The position numbers and the translations under genes are program-made. Under the pieces are notes generated by a model that worked only from the letters and a program-made list of their open reading frames with translations, was not told the origin of the DNA and did not search any database. A DNA stretch of 45,755 nucleotides, from the UHGV virus genome UHGV-0209863; one strand, given 5' to 3'. Shown one piece after another: positions 25,511 to 34,570 of the stretch (position 1 is the first letter of the stretch; every line of letters begins with the position of its first letter). The DNA is from a virus.

Positions 25511-27805
25511 TTAGTATCCTGGTAGCCCGCGGGTATTGCGGCGCGATTTAGAAATATCAGAATTGCTGTCCTGCAAAGCGCGTGAAACAGTTTCACTGAT
25601 GATAACACGTAACCGACCCTCGTCGTCACGTTCCGTAGTTGCACTGTCAATGCGACCGGTCGTGTTGTTGACAATAACCACGCTGTCATTCCCGCTGCGC
25701 TTATTATCTTCACCCATAATCTGGCGCATCTGAGCGGCGGTACGGACACGGGAGGCACCGGCGGGCATGATAACTTCCGCGCGGCCACGCTCGGCAATCG
25801 TGGAAATTTGACCGGCAGCAAGGTTACCGCCCTGCTCACGCGCCGAGCGAATCTTTGCTACGTTAGCCAGACCCGCGGCAACCGCCGCAGCAGCCGCTAC
25901 AGGCGCGGCAATCCACCCGACAATAGGAATGGCCGCCGCAGACTGGAACGCGGCCACAGCACCCTGGTAAGTGTTCATGATGGCATTGGCGATAGCAAAG
26001 GCTTTGTACATCTTGTTACCTTCGCCCAGAGCTGTACGCAGGTCATCCGTAGTCTGACCCAGCATGTTGGCGTATTCGGTGCGACGTTTTTTGTTGTAGT
26101 TACCCGCGATAGCGACCAGGGATGCCTGATACTGGTCTTCGCTGATAAGGCCCTGCTCCCTGTACTGCTGGGCTATATCGTATTTTTGCTTTTCCTGAAT
26201 CTCCAGCAAATCAAGCTCGACCGCATTTTGACCCAAAATCTGGGCCATGAAGTCTTCGCCTTTCTGCTGCTTCTCTTTCCGCTCTTTCTCACGTTTGTCC
26301 AGTTCTTCCTGGCGTGCGGTGTCTGCCTCCAGCATAATCTGCGTTTTAGCGTCTTCGTACTGCTTATCCGACAGCGCACGTAATTCACGGAATTTATTCA
26401 GCTTATCCAGCTTCTGCTGTTCCTGAGCATCGATAGCCTTCAGCTCGTCCTGCTGCTGCCGTGCGAGCGTATCCAGGAAATCCTGCGCCAGCTCACGGTT
26501 CCGTTTAGCCTCGTCGGCAGCTTTCTTGGCCGCTTTCGCAGCATCCGGGTCCGGCTGTGCCGAGGGCGAACCAGGCTTGTTCTTAACAAGGTCTGCCAGG
26601 TCGGCCTGCTGCTTGGCGCGGTCGTCGTATTCTTTCCGTAACTTCTTACTGGCTTCTACTTGGTCTTTGAAAGCCTGGATAGTGTCGTCGCGTTCTTTAT
26701 GGACAATCTTGATTCGTGCGGCCAGCGCACGCTCAATCTCTTTTGATTCAGCGGCGTAAGTGTCGGAGAAACCAGACTCGCTGAACGGGTTGAGCGCATT
26801 AGCTACGGCAACTCCAACAGCTCCAGCTTTTTTAACCAGCGCGTCAAACTCGTAATATACCTCTTTCATTATTGCGGCAACATACGGCGGTAAGGCTGCG
26901 ATGCCGTCGGAGATATCAGTCGCTATCGTATTGCCGAAGGGGGAAATGGCTTTAGCGGTATTGTTGAAATCTTTGTTTAGGTCGTTCAGCCAGTCAGAGA
27001 TAAACGAGAAAGAGTTATCGAACAGGTCTGTCCAGGCGCTAATCTCGGCGGATAGCTGGCCTGATGCGATTAAGCCCGTCATCTCGTTAATGGCGGTTTC
27101 CGCGTTTCGCACCTGCTCAGCAACCAGGTCACCAAATCCAGACTGCGCAACGCTTAATTTGAACGCCTCAAAACTGTCTTCCAGGCTGGAGATAGCCCCA
27201 TCAAGCGTCTTGGCACGCTGCTCCATCGCACCGGCGAACTGGGTGTTACCAATCGCCAGTAAATATTCCTGGATGGCTTCAGAGTTGTTTTTTACATTTG
27301 TGGTGACGCCCTGGAACGTGAAGGCGATATCATTGCCCTGTTTACTGGACTTGATACCAAACTCTTTGAGTCGCTCAAATTCGCCAGTAGAGGCGTCAGC
27401 GACGGCCTCAATCATCTGGTTTAGGTCTTTACCCATCGCCGCAGCGGTGTTGCCGTAGGAGACCAGGGCTTCCTGCGACGGTTTAAGGCCCAGCGCCACC
27501 AGTTTCGTAAAGCCCTCAACGGCCTGATTGAGACCGTAAGGGGTATCTTTGGCAAACTGCTGCAACACGCCAAACGCTTTCGCGGCATTCTCGGTGCTGC
27601 CCGTCATGGTGATAAGTCCGGCGTTTAACTTGTCAAAGTTACGCTGGGACTCCACCAGTGAACTGAACACTTCTTTAGCTGCTGCCAGGCCACCAACGGC
27701 AGCGCCAGCCGCCAGGGCTGCCTTACCGAGGCCCCTCAGAGCGCCGGAGGCATTGTCAACCCCTTGCGTTGTTACCCTGACTATCAGGCTGGCAATATCA
27801 GACAT
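25511..27805 (-). CDS. tail tape measure protein
   Basis: 764 aa. Long coiled-coil middle, G/A-rich hydrophobic segment (GWIAAPVAAAAAVAAGLANVAKI). Sits downstream of the G/GT chaperone. Confidence 0.8.
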   Translation of the reverse strand: MSDIASLIVRVTTQGVDNASGALRGLGKAALAAGAAVGGLAAAKEVFSSLVESQRNFDKLNAGLITMTGSTENAAKAFGVLQQFAKDTPYGLNQAVEGFTKLVALGLKPSQEALVSYGNTAAAMGKDLNQMIEAVADASTGEFERLKEFGIKSSKQGNDIAFTFQGVTTNVKNNSEAIQEYLLAIGNTQFAGAMEQRAKTLDGAISSLEDSFEAFKLSVAQSGFGDLVAEQVRNAETAINEMTGLIASGQLSAEISAWTDLFDNSFSFISDWLNDLNKDFNNTAKAISPFGNTIATDISDGIAALPPYVAAIMKEVYYEFDALVKKAGAVGVAVANALNPFSESGFSDTYAAESKEIERALAARIKIVHKERDDTIQAFKDQVEASKKLRKEYDDRAKQQADLADLVKNKPGSPSAQPDPDAAKAAKKAADEAKRNRELAQDFLDTLARQQQDELKAIDAQEQQKLDKLNKFRELRALSDKQYEDAKTQIMLEADTARQEELDKREKERKEKQQKGEDFMAQILGQNAVELDLLEIQEKQKYDIAQQYREQGLISEDQYQASLVAIAGNYNKKRRTEYANMLGQTTDDLRTALGEGNKMYKAFAIANAIMNTYQGAVAAFQSAAAIPIVGWIAAPVAAAAAVAAGLANVAKIRSAREQGGNLAAGQISTIAERGRAEVIMPAGASRVRTAAQMRQIMGEDNKRSGNDSVVIVNNTTGRIDSATTERDDEGRLRVIISETVSRALQDSNSDISKSRRNTRGLPGY

Positions 27806-28166
27806 CGTCTTTACCCTCGTATATGGCGTCCAGGCCCATTATCAGTTCGGACTCAAACATGCTGATGTTTTGCCCGGTAATCTGGCTATAAGATACCAAA
27901 TCAGACCACTCAAGCATATCTCTTGCATACAGTTTAACGCCGCTTTCGTCCTCACGGCGGATAAACTTTAGCTCCCGGTACTTTTCAAAGGTGCTGATAA
28001 AGACCGGCGGGCACTCGGGCCCGCTGTCCTGCGCTGTTCGCTGCGCACTTTCGATTACACCCATTGCGATTAGTGCGGCCTCGTGCGCGTCGGCTATGCT
28101 GTCAAACTTTTGACGTGCCTGGCGCGCGACGAGATGCCAGGAGGCGAACGCGTACAGCGCGTTTAC
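27798..28166 (-). CDS. T-segment of the tail assembly chaperone (GT), reached by -1 frameshift from G
   Basis: The -1 frame is open from the G stop region (28166) to 27798: ...VNALYAFASWHLVARQ...MGVIESAQRTAQD.... It overlaps the tape measure start. Candidate slip site is GAA-AAG-UAA at the G terminus. Confidence 0.4.
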   Translation of the reverse strand, partial: VNALYAFASWHLVARQARQKFDSIADAHEAALIAMGVIESAQRTAQDSGPECPPVFISTFEKYRELKFIRREDESGVKLYARDMLEWSDLVSYSQITGQNISMFESELIMGLDAIYEGKDDV

Positions 28167-28579
28167 TTTTCCTGTAACAGTTTCCGCTGTTCCGCCTGGA
28201 ACTCAGCGACCTGGTTGCCGAGTGTGCGGTATTGGGCGAGAAGGTTTTCCAGCGCTTCTTTTGAGAAAGGCTCGTCGAAACTCCAGCCATTTACAATTTC
28301 GGCGGCGAGCTGGCGGTTTAGCTCGGTACAGGCGTCATTAAGAAGCACGTTATATTCTGTGAAGTCTTCCTGCTTTTTACATTTCTTCTGTAAAGGCTCC
28401 AGCTCTGCCACTTTAGCGCGATACGCAAACAGGAACGCGCGGCCTGCCTTGACAGCGGCGTCGGCTTCAGGCGCGACAACATTCAGCCATTCGCCAGAAT
28501 CAGTGCCATCCGGCAGCAAAATCGGCATACGTGCGCCAGTCTGGGCTTTATCTTCAAAATAAAAATCGCTGAGTTGCAT
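28163..28579 (-). CDS. tail assembly chaperone (gpG-like)
   Basis: 138 aa acidic protein between the major tail and tape measure genes. Ends ...QAEQRKLLQEK*. Confidence 0.5.
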   Translation of the reverse strand: MQLSDFYFEDKAQTGARMPILLPDGTDSGEWLNVVAPEADAAVKAGRAFLFAYRAKVAELEPLQKKCKKQEDFTEYNVLLNDACTELNRQLAAEIVNGWSFDEPFSKEALENLLAQYRTLGNQVAEFQAEQRKLLQEK

Positions 28580-28685
28580 TTTCTTTTCCTTTGGTTAAGA
28601 GGTTACTGGTCTGGTTGAAGCGGCAGGCGGTGACCATCCGCCTTTCGGGTATGACCCTAGCCGCAAAAATATATTAACACGGGTA

Positions 28686-28715
28686 TTGCAATCATCCAAA
28701 TATTAGGCCAGTATT
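28686..28715 (+). promoter_or_regulatory. putative promoter of the plus-strand moron island
   Basis: TTGCAA at 28686-28691 with AGTATT or TATTAC 17-19 nt downstream. Weak. Confidence 0.3.
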
Positions 28716-28744
28716 ACATCACACCAACCAATGAGGGTATTAAA

Positions 28745-28942
28745 ATGAAATCAGTTATCACCGTTATTTCCGCTCTGTGGCTCGCTGTCATCTTTGCATT
28801 CCTGCAATACTGGTTCTGGAGCACTCTGTCCGTAAACGCCGACGGCGCAATGGGTCGTATGTTTGTTGCCGTTGTGGTATTCCTGCTGGTCGGCCTGGCT
28901 CCGGTCAAGCTGATTAAAGTAGTCGCTAACCTGTTTAAATAA
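28745..28942 (+). CDS. small two-TM membrane protein
   Basis: 65 aa: MKSVITVISALWLAVIFAFLQYWFW...FVAVVVFLLVGLAPV. An 18-aa hydrophobic peptide ORF follows at 28952-29008. Confidence 0.45.
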   Translation: MKSVITVISALWLAVIFAFLQYWFWSTLSVNADGAMGRMFVAVVVFLLVGLAPVKLIKVVANLFK

Positions 28943-29004
28943 GAGGTGCGTATGCAATATGTATTCGCATTAATCGGTCTGGCTATGTTATGGAGCCGCC
29001 CATT

Positions 29005-29430
29005 ATGAACACAACCGAGCTAATCGCCCGCCCAAAATATGCAGAAAAGTTCTCGCGGCTCTGGGAACGGTACGACGAGGCATGCCACGGCAACGCCCAG
29101 CAGATGCGCGATATTCTGGAAATAACTCTCGACGCACTGGAGACGGCAGAGCGCCACATATTCAAAACTGACCGCGACTATTTGGCGCTGGTAGAGGCGC
29201 TGGAGAGTGCGCAATCTCAATCATCTAAATGGCTAGAGGCATACCATAAAGCTGTGTCGATTGGTGCCCGGTATGAGGAACGCATCGCTGAACTGGAGGC
29301 GCGAACGGTCACCCTGCCTGAGCCAATAAGAGCTGTGGCGCTTGGGCGTGATTTTCCGGCACTTCAACATAGCGCTGTGGTTACGTTACTGCGCGAAGCT
29401 GGCATCAAATGCGAAGTGAAGGGGTCTTGA
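29005..29430 (+). CDS. hypothetical alpha-helical protein
   Basis: Likely start ATG 29005 (MNTTELIARPKY...) with a GGAG RBS. Confidence 0.45.
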   Translation: MNTTELIARPKYAEKFSRLWERYDEACHGNAQQMRDILEITLDALETAERHIFKTDRDYLALVEALESAQSQSSKWLEAYHKAVSIGARYEERIAELEARTVTLPEPIRAVALGRDFPALQHSAVVTLLREAGIKCEVKGS

Positions 29431-29437
29431 CTGTAAA

Positions 29438-29686
29438 ATGACCGACTGGCCCCGCGAACAACTGGACTATCTTACGGAGAATGCGGGCATATTGCCGCCC
29501 GCTGAGATAGCACGGAATACCGGGCATACGGTTAAAGCGGTGTACGATAAGGCTCACGTTCTGGGTGTACCGCTAAGACGCGAAGGCGTGGTTATGAAGC
29601 AATGCCGTCGTGGTCACTATAAGGGCCCTGGAACATGTAAGATATGTCGAAGACTCTGGTTGTTGAGAAAGAAAAAGGCCCCTTAA
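29438..29686 (+). CDS. small HTH-like protein with C-terminal Cys/His cluster
   Basis: 82 aa. ILPPAEIARNTGHTVKAVYDKAHVLGV resembles sigma-region-4/TerS-type HTH. Then CRRGHYKGPGTCKIC. Confidence 0.4.
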   Translation: MTDWPREQLDYLTENAGILPPAEIARNTGHTVKAVYDKAHVLGVPLRREGVVMKQCRRGHYKGPGTCKICRRLWLLRKKKAP

Positions 29687-29703
29687 TTGGGGCCTTTCTT
29701 TTA
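29676..29703. terminator. bidirectional terminator between the island and the major tail gene
   Basis: AGGCCCC-TTAATT-GGGGCCT flanked by an A-run and a T-run. Confidence 0.55.
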
Positions 29704-30867
29704 TGCGTAGGTGATTCGCTGGATGACGATAGAAGACTGATAGGCGTTACCCGTGGCCTGACCTTCGATAGACAGCGTAACGGATTCCGGTCCGCCAATC
29801 TCAGGTGTTGCCGCGGTAATCTCCGCACGTTTCAGCGTGAAGGACATTGCCCCCTGCGTGCCGGACAGAACAGAGGTTAATTCCACCTGCGTTTCATTCA
29901 GGAACAGGTTTAGCAGTGTCATGTCGTACAGCTTACCAGCAAGCGAGAAGGTGTTAGCCGCGCGGCCACGCTCAACGAAAGCAACGCTGTCATTACCAAG
30001 CTCAAACTGAGCGGACGTGCCGTTATCATTAGTGATGGTGAAGGTGTCAATCAGTTTAAGCGGAGCAGTGCCGTTGTACGCGGACACATCCACACTTGAG
30101 AACGGCTCGGCGGTAAAGCTGGTATACGTCGACCCGGCGGGCGGCGCGGTGAGAATCTCCTGACTCAGACCGATGAACGGGAAGGAACCGGTTACCATTG
30201 CGTTGACCGCCTGCTCGATAGTGAAGCCGGAGAACTCAACGCCGCGGGTAATGACGTAACTGTCAGCGCCGCCGCAACGACCTTTAAACCAGGTGAGAAT
30301 GGAGTAGGTCTTACACAGGTTGCCAGTTTCCAGCTTGTCGCCAGTTTTATAATCAGTGGCAGTAGCTACCGCAGTTGTCAGCGGCTTCTGGATGCCCGCG
30401 CCGGTTACCACAGTAGCGGTTACCGCGGTAGCGATGAACGGCTTACCATTTTCACCCGGCAGGTCAGTAAAGACAATCAGGTCGCCGACTTCAACGCCAT
30501 CGGTAACAAAGCTGCCCGTTGAGCGGGTGAATGTTTTCGCCGTAGTATCAACGGCAACAGAAACCGCCGTCTGAGATACACCCGCCACCCATGAACTCGT
30601 CATTGCGCCAGCAAGTAATTCGTCCTGGCTCTGCGCGCTCAGTTCAATGGCGTATTCACCGGTCACCTGTTTGTTACCGGTCCGGATAGATGAGGTTTCG
30701 CGGCTGCCATCCAGTTCGTTGGAGACCAGTGCGTCGCGGGTTACAGCGGGCACGCCTCCGGTGTTGCGCAGCGGCGACCATACCGGGCTCGTCGGAGTGA
30801 CGCCAGGCGTAGTCTCCAGTGTGTAGAATTGTGCGGTATTCGCGCCTTTATAGGGTTGCAGTGCCAT
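29701..30867 (-). CDS. major tail protein
   Basis: 388 aa, T/S/G/A-rich and beta-rich. Sits upstream of the G/GT chaperone and tape measure as in siphoviruses. Confidence 0.6.
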   Translation of the reverse strand: MALQPYKGANTAQFYTLETTPGVTPTSPVWSPLRNTGGVPAVTRDALVSNELDGSRETSSIRTGNKQVTGEYAIELSAQSQDELLAGAMTSSWVAGVSQTAVSVAVDTTAKTFTRSTGSFVTDGVEVGDLIVFTDLPGENGKPFIATAVTATVVTGAGIQKPLTTAVATATDYKTGDKLETGNLCKTYSILTWFKGRCGGADSYVITRGVEFSGFTIEQAVNAMVTGSFPFIGLSQEILTAPPAGSTYTSFTAEPFSSVDVSAYNGTAPLKLIDTFTITNDNGTSAQFELGNDSVAFVERGRAANTFSLAGKLYDMTLLNLFLNETQVELTSVLSGTQGAMSFTLKRAEITAATPEIGGPESVTLSIEGQATGNAYQSSIVIQRITYA

Positions 30868-30870
30868 CGG

Positions 30871-31287
30871 TTATATCCTCGCAGTGAAGGCAACAAAATT
30901 AATTGATAACGGGCGCTTCGCCCATCCATTCTGAACAATCAGCGGCCCCAGGCTAACCGACTGCACTTCGGCGCAGATGTCATTACGTTGAAACGTATTT
31001 GATGGTTTAAACGCCGCCATAAGTAAGTCTGCCATTTTATTCACTGGCGCGCTACCTTTGACCGATGCGACGTTGATATCTATCTGATAAATACCGGCGC
31101 GCTGTTCCGTCCAGAACAAATCGGCCTGTTCTGTGTCCGCCAGTAGCATGTAACTCGCCAGATACGGTGTTGCCGTGTTGGTCGGAGCGTCAATGTTCTC
31201 CAGCGCAACGGGAATGTTGTTTGCAGCCCCGAACGACATCAGCGCGATGTCGAATGCTTTGGTCAGGTCCTCAAAATAGGTAGCCAT
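30871..31287 (-). CDS. tail terminator-like protein
   Basis: 138 aa, immediately upstream of the major tail gene. Confidence 0.35.
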   Translation of the reverse strand: MATYFEDLTKAFDIALMSFGAANNIPVALENIDAPTNTATPYLASYMLLADTEQADLFWTEQRAGIYQIDINVASVKGSAPVNKMADLLMAAFKPSNTFQRNDICAEVQSVSLGPLIVQNGWAKRPLSINFVAFTARI

Positions 31288-31725
31288 TTAGCTCATCCTC
31301 GCCGCAGCTTCATCAATAAGTCGCTGGAAACGCTTAACGGTTACACGCACAACGCCCTGTGGTGCCTGTTTTGAATAGCCGCCTACCGTGTTGGGACCGT
31401 TACCTGGATATCCGCCAAATTCAATGGCTTCAGCGTAAGGAAGGTTATTGGTGAAACGAAACTCCTCCCATTCCGGGTTGCGCATAACAAAGTTTGTTGC
31501 GTTGGCTATTGCGCGACTACCACTGGGGTCGTTGGCAATAAGTACAGAGGTTGCGGGTTGCCCATAGCTCGCCTGCCAGTTCATGCGAAAACGCCCGGTA
31601 TCAACGGGACTTGCCAGGATAATCTGTGAGAAAAGTTTAACCGTTACCTGGCGGACGACCAGCTCCGGGTTTTTCCGAGCTTTCTTTATAAAATTCTCAA
31701 TAGAGCGTTCGAAGTCTGTACTCAT
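31288..31725 (-). CDS. head-tail adaptor, HK97 gp10-like
   Basis: PVDTGRFRMNW motif typical of the HK97 gp10 family. Confidence 0.5.
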   Translation of the reverse strand: MSTDFERSIENFIKKARKNPELVVRQVTVKLFSQIILASPVDTGRFRMNWQASYGQPATSVLIANDPSGSRAIANATNFVMRNPEWEEFRFTNNLPYAEAIEFGGYPGNGPNTVGGYSKQAPQGVVRVTVKRFQRLIDEAAARMS

Positions 31726-32084
31726 TTACGCACCCTGATAAACCAGGCGATGATGTCATCGTTCACCATTTTAGGTTCAATGCCAACGACGGACCACTGT
31801 TCGCCATTAAAATAAACCTTGTCTTCCATTTTAGGCGTCACGCTGTACTCGGCTTTAACAACCATGTCGCCAGCCTGGATAGTCGTGCCGTTAACCAGCG
31901 CAATATTAACCGGAACAGGAACCGCACCGACCAGAGGAATTTGGGTATCCGCCGACTGAATATACTCCCCGGACACAGCATCCCATACACGGGCTCCCGC
32001 ACGGATTAACGTCACTGAACTACCGTATTTGGTCAGCAGCCGCGTTGCGGTGCTTTGCATCCGTTTACTGAAAGCGGTGCCCAT
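31722..32084 (-). CDS. head-tail joining / head closure protein
   Basis: 120 aa, placed between connector-like genes. Confidence 0.35.
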   Translation of the reverse strand: MGTAFSKRMQSTATRLLTKYGSSVTLIRAGARVWDAVSGEYIQSADTQIPLVGAVPVPVNIALVNGTTIQAGDMVVKAEYSVTPKMEDKVYFNGEQWSVVGIEPKMVNDDIIAWFIRVRK

Positions 32085-32086
32085 AG

Positions 32087-32596
32087 TCAGCCCCGGAACA
32101 CGTTAAAAGAGAAACCGCTCGTATCACCGCACAGCAGCGCCCGCAGCGCGTCCATAGCGGCGGTAATTACGACTGTGCTGCCGTTGTTACCGTTGTTGAA
32201 GTAGGATACAGCGACAGCGCCTTCCACGCGCTCAGACGCAACGGCACGACCGTCAGTTGTGCCCCGTACGTCAGTACCTTTTCCATATTCAACGGCGGCA
32301 ATAATTTGCGCCTGCACAACCTGCGCCGGAATAATGTTGCTCGCAACATGGAAACCGTGGAGGCGAATACCGGTCCGTGGAAAAGACAGTGACTGGGTTG
32401 CGGATACGCGGCGACCGCACATGGTGGGCTCCTGCAAGCCGATGTAAACCGCGCCATTTCGCAAAGCAGCCTCCGCAGCGGCGTCCTGCTCAGGTAAAGA
32501 CAGGCCATACTTAGCCGCAAGCGCGCGGGCGGACTCCAGGCTCACGTAGGAATCGGCGTCACTTTTACCCGTCCCATCCTCAACGACTAAAGCCAT
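32087..32596 (-). CDS. head-tail connector protein (gp6-like)
   Basis: 169 aa. The N-terminal region is similar in character to phage gp6-like connector proteins. Confidence 0.4.
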   Translation of the reverse strand: MALVVEDGTGKSDADSYVSLESARALAAKYGLSLPEQDAAAEAALRNGAVYIGLQEPTMCGRRVSATQSLSFPRTGIRLHGFHVASNIIPAQVVQAQIIAAVEYGKGTDVRGTTDGRAVASERVEGAVAVSYFNNGNNGSTVVITAAMDALRALLCGDTSGFSFNVFRG

Positions 32597-32599
32597 GGT

Positions 32600-32788
32600 T
32601 TATTCCTCGAACGTGCGACGACGGCGTTTACGTTCGACTCCGCCACCGTTGTTATGCGCGTCTTCGTTATCCGGCTGCGTTTCTACCAGGTCGTCAGGCA
32701 GCGCGTCGCCGCGTTGAGGGATTAACTGACCGTCAACTTCAACGAGGCCGTTGTAGCGCTCGCGCTTTACGTAATTGTCGTTTGCCAT
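32600..32788 (-). CDS. hypothetical protein
   Basis: 62 aa ORF with a basic C-terminus (KRRRRTFEE). Confidence 0.35.
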   Translation of the reverse strand: MANDNYVKRERYNGLVEVDGQLIPQRGDALPDDLVETQPDNEDAHNNGGGVERKRRRRTFEE

Positions 32789-32824
32789 CTCTAATCCTTA
32801 TGACGGCCCCGGAGGGCCGTTGTC

Positions 32825-33175
32825 TTATGATACGGTTACTGTAGACGCGCCGGAAATGATATTGCCGTAGTCATCGTGCACCACGACTTTATAGGTACCG
32901 GAGTCAGCTGTGGTGGATGACGCTTTGCTATAGCTCAGGCCAGTTGCTCCCGCGATAGCATTACCATCTTTGTACCATTGCAGGTTGTATGGTTCGGCCC
33001 CGCCAGTTACCGCTACGGTAAGCGTCAGAGTCTGGCCCGCGGTTACAGCTTTGGTTGCAGGGAGCGCGGTAGAGAACGAAGCCGGAGAAATATTCTCCAT
33101 GTCAATCTCAACCTGTCCGTCAGCCGGACCATCATCAGAAATACCCGTCATGCGGCGTTTGATTACATCAACCAT
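32825..33175 (-). CDS. Ig-like domain protein (head decoration candidate)
   Basis: TLTLTVAVTGGAEPYNLQWYKDGNAI...GTYKVVVHDDYGN, a Big_2/I-set-like fold signature. Confidence 0.5.
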   Translation of the reverse strand: MVDVIKRRMTGISDDGPADGQVEIDMENISPASFSTALPATKAVTAGQTLTLTVAVTGGAEPYNLQWYKDGNAIAGATGLSYSKASSTTADSGTYKVVVHDDYGNIISGASTVTVS

Positions 33176-33186
33176 TTCAATTCTCC

Positions 33187-33456
33187 TTAAGAGGATGCGA
33201 TAACACCGGCGGAGCGAAGCTTAGCCAGTAATGCGTTAAATTCTGCCTGCGTTGGTGCGGCGGCGGAGTCAGCCTGGGCCGCCTGTTGCAGTACGCCGCC
33301 GCGCTGAGTGGTGGTCGGCGCTTTGTTACCAGCCATAGCTGTAGTGCCGGTTGTGCCAATTGTCGGCGGGTACGTAGTCGGTTTCCCTGTAATCTGGGTA
33401 AACGACATCGTACTGTCTTTCAGACTGCGCGGCATCCCTTTACCTGTGGTAGCCAT
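33187..33456 (-). CDS. hypothetical T/G-rich protein
   Basis: 89 aa ORF immediately downstream of the capsid gene. Confidence 0.35.
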   Translation of the reverse strand: MATTGKGMPRSLKDSTMSFTQITGKPTTYPPTIGTTGTTAMAGNKAPTTTQRGGVLQQAAQADSAAAPTQAEFNALLAKLRSAGVIASS

Positions 33457-33517
33457 ACAAATTCTCCTGTATGAATGTTAAGAAGGGGCCGAAGCCCCTC
33501 CTGATTATACGCTACCG

Positions 33518-34567
33518 TTAAGCGCCGACACCAGTTACCAGGAACGCAATCGGAATGTGCTTGCGGTCCATTACGCGGTTCCAGTTAGTTGCGTTCGCCA
33601 GGTCCTGCCAGGAAGCGGAGCGCGCGATAGTTTCACTGCCGTTGCCTGTGATTACCGCGCTGGTGAAGCTGTAGCCCAGTGGGTGCATCAGCCAGGTGCG
33701 GCGGCTCCACAGGGTTTCTACGCCACCACCGTTACCGCGCTCTGGAGAGCGCTGATATTCCAGCGGCATATTTGGATTACCTTCACCGTAACCGATAGCG
33801 CCGTTGCCAAAGATGACGCTGATGAACTTACGGCTTGAGCCGGTGCCAACCACGGTCATTTCGTCGTCTACAACTACGCGGTAGCCCTGGTATGTGGAGA
33901 ACATGGTGTTGTTTTCGGCGTCACGCACGAAGTCGATAAGCTGCTGCTTACGGGCCTGTGCGTATACGAAGCTGTGCATCGCAATAACGCCCAGCACATC
34001 ACCGCCCGCGCCCATCAGAGCGTCGCCCATAGTCTGGGTTGCGTCGATAAACGCGCCAGCGTCAAAACCAGATGTAGCAGAAACGTCAATAATCATGTCG
34101 TTCTGCGTGTGGTACGCGTCAGTAGCGGACACGTTGTCGTTGTACAGACCCAGGGTAGTCGCCAGGAGGCGGCGTTGCGCCTGGCGCTGCCAGAAGTTAT
34201 CCAGACGACGTGCAACTGATTGCAGCGGGTTTTGGCTGGTCAGCTCAACGGTTAAATCCGCCTGGCCGAAACCTTCGTTAAGGTATGCAACACGAACATC
34301 CATTTCGCCGGTGTTAATTGCGCGCGGAGTCGCGATGTCCTGGTACACGTCGTTCGAGTAGTTAGGCTCGATAGATGCGTCGATAGATTTCCAGTACGGC
34401 AGCACAGCTCTATTCGACGAGCCACGGGCGATTTCAGCGGCGTATGGCGTCGGGGTAAGAATACCGGACTGGAAGAACGCGGTTTTTTCTACCGGGTCTT
34501 CGGTCATGTAAGACGCCAGTACAGGGATGTTACCGGTTACGATGTCGCCAATAGTGGTGATTGCCAT
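33518..34567 (-). CDS. major capsid protein (HK97 fold)
   Basis: 349 aa following a scaffold gene. Size and composition are typical of this family. Confidence 0.7.
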   Translation of the reverse strand: MAITTIGDIVTGNIPVLASYMTEDPVEKTAFFQSGILTPTPYAAEIARGSSNRAVLPYWKSIDASIEPNYSNDVYQDIATPRAINTGEMDVRVAYLNEGFGQADLTVELTSQNPLQSVARRLDNFWQRQAQRRLLATTLGLYNDNVSATDAYHTQNDMIIDVSATSGFDAGAFIDATQTMGDALMGAGGDVLGVIAMHSFVYAQARKQQLIDFVRDAENNTMFSTYQGYRVVVDDEMTVVGTGSSRKFISVIFGNGAIGYGEGNPNMPLEYQRSPERGNGGGVETLWSRRTWLMHPLGYSFTSAVITGNGSETIARSASWQDLANATNWNRVMDRKHIPIAFLVTGVGA

Positions 34568-34570
34568 TTG

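Noticed and set aside
25808-27458. Two plus-strand ORFs of 185-191 aa inside the tape measure gene
   Set aside because: Antisense to a continuous 764-aa tape measure protein.
28102-28290. 62-aa ORF in the +1 frame at the 3' end of the chaperone gene as the T segment
   Set aside because: It terminates at 28102 without reaching the tape measure gene. The -1 frame is the one that runs on to 27798 and overlaps the tape measure start.
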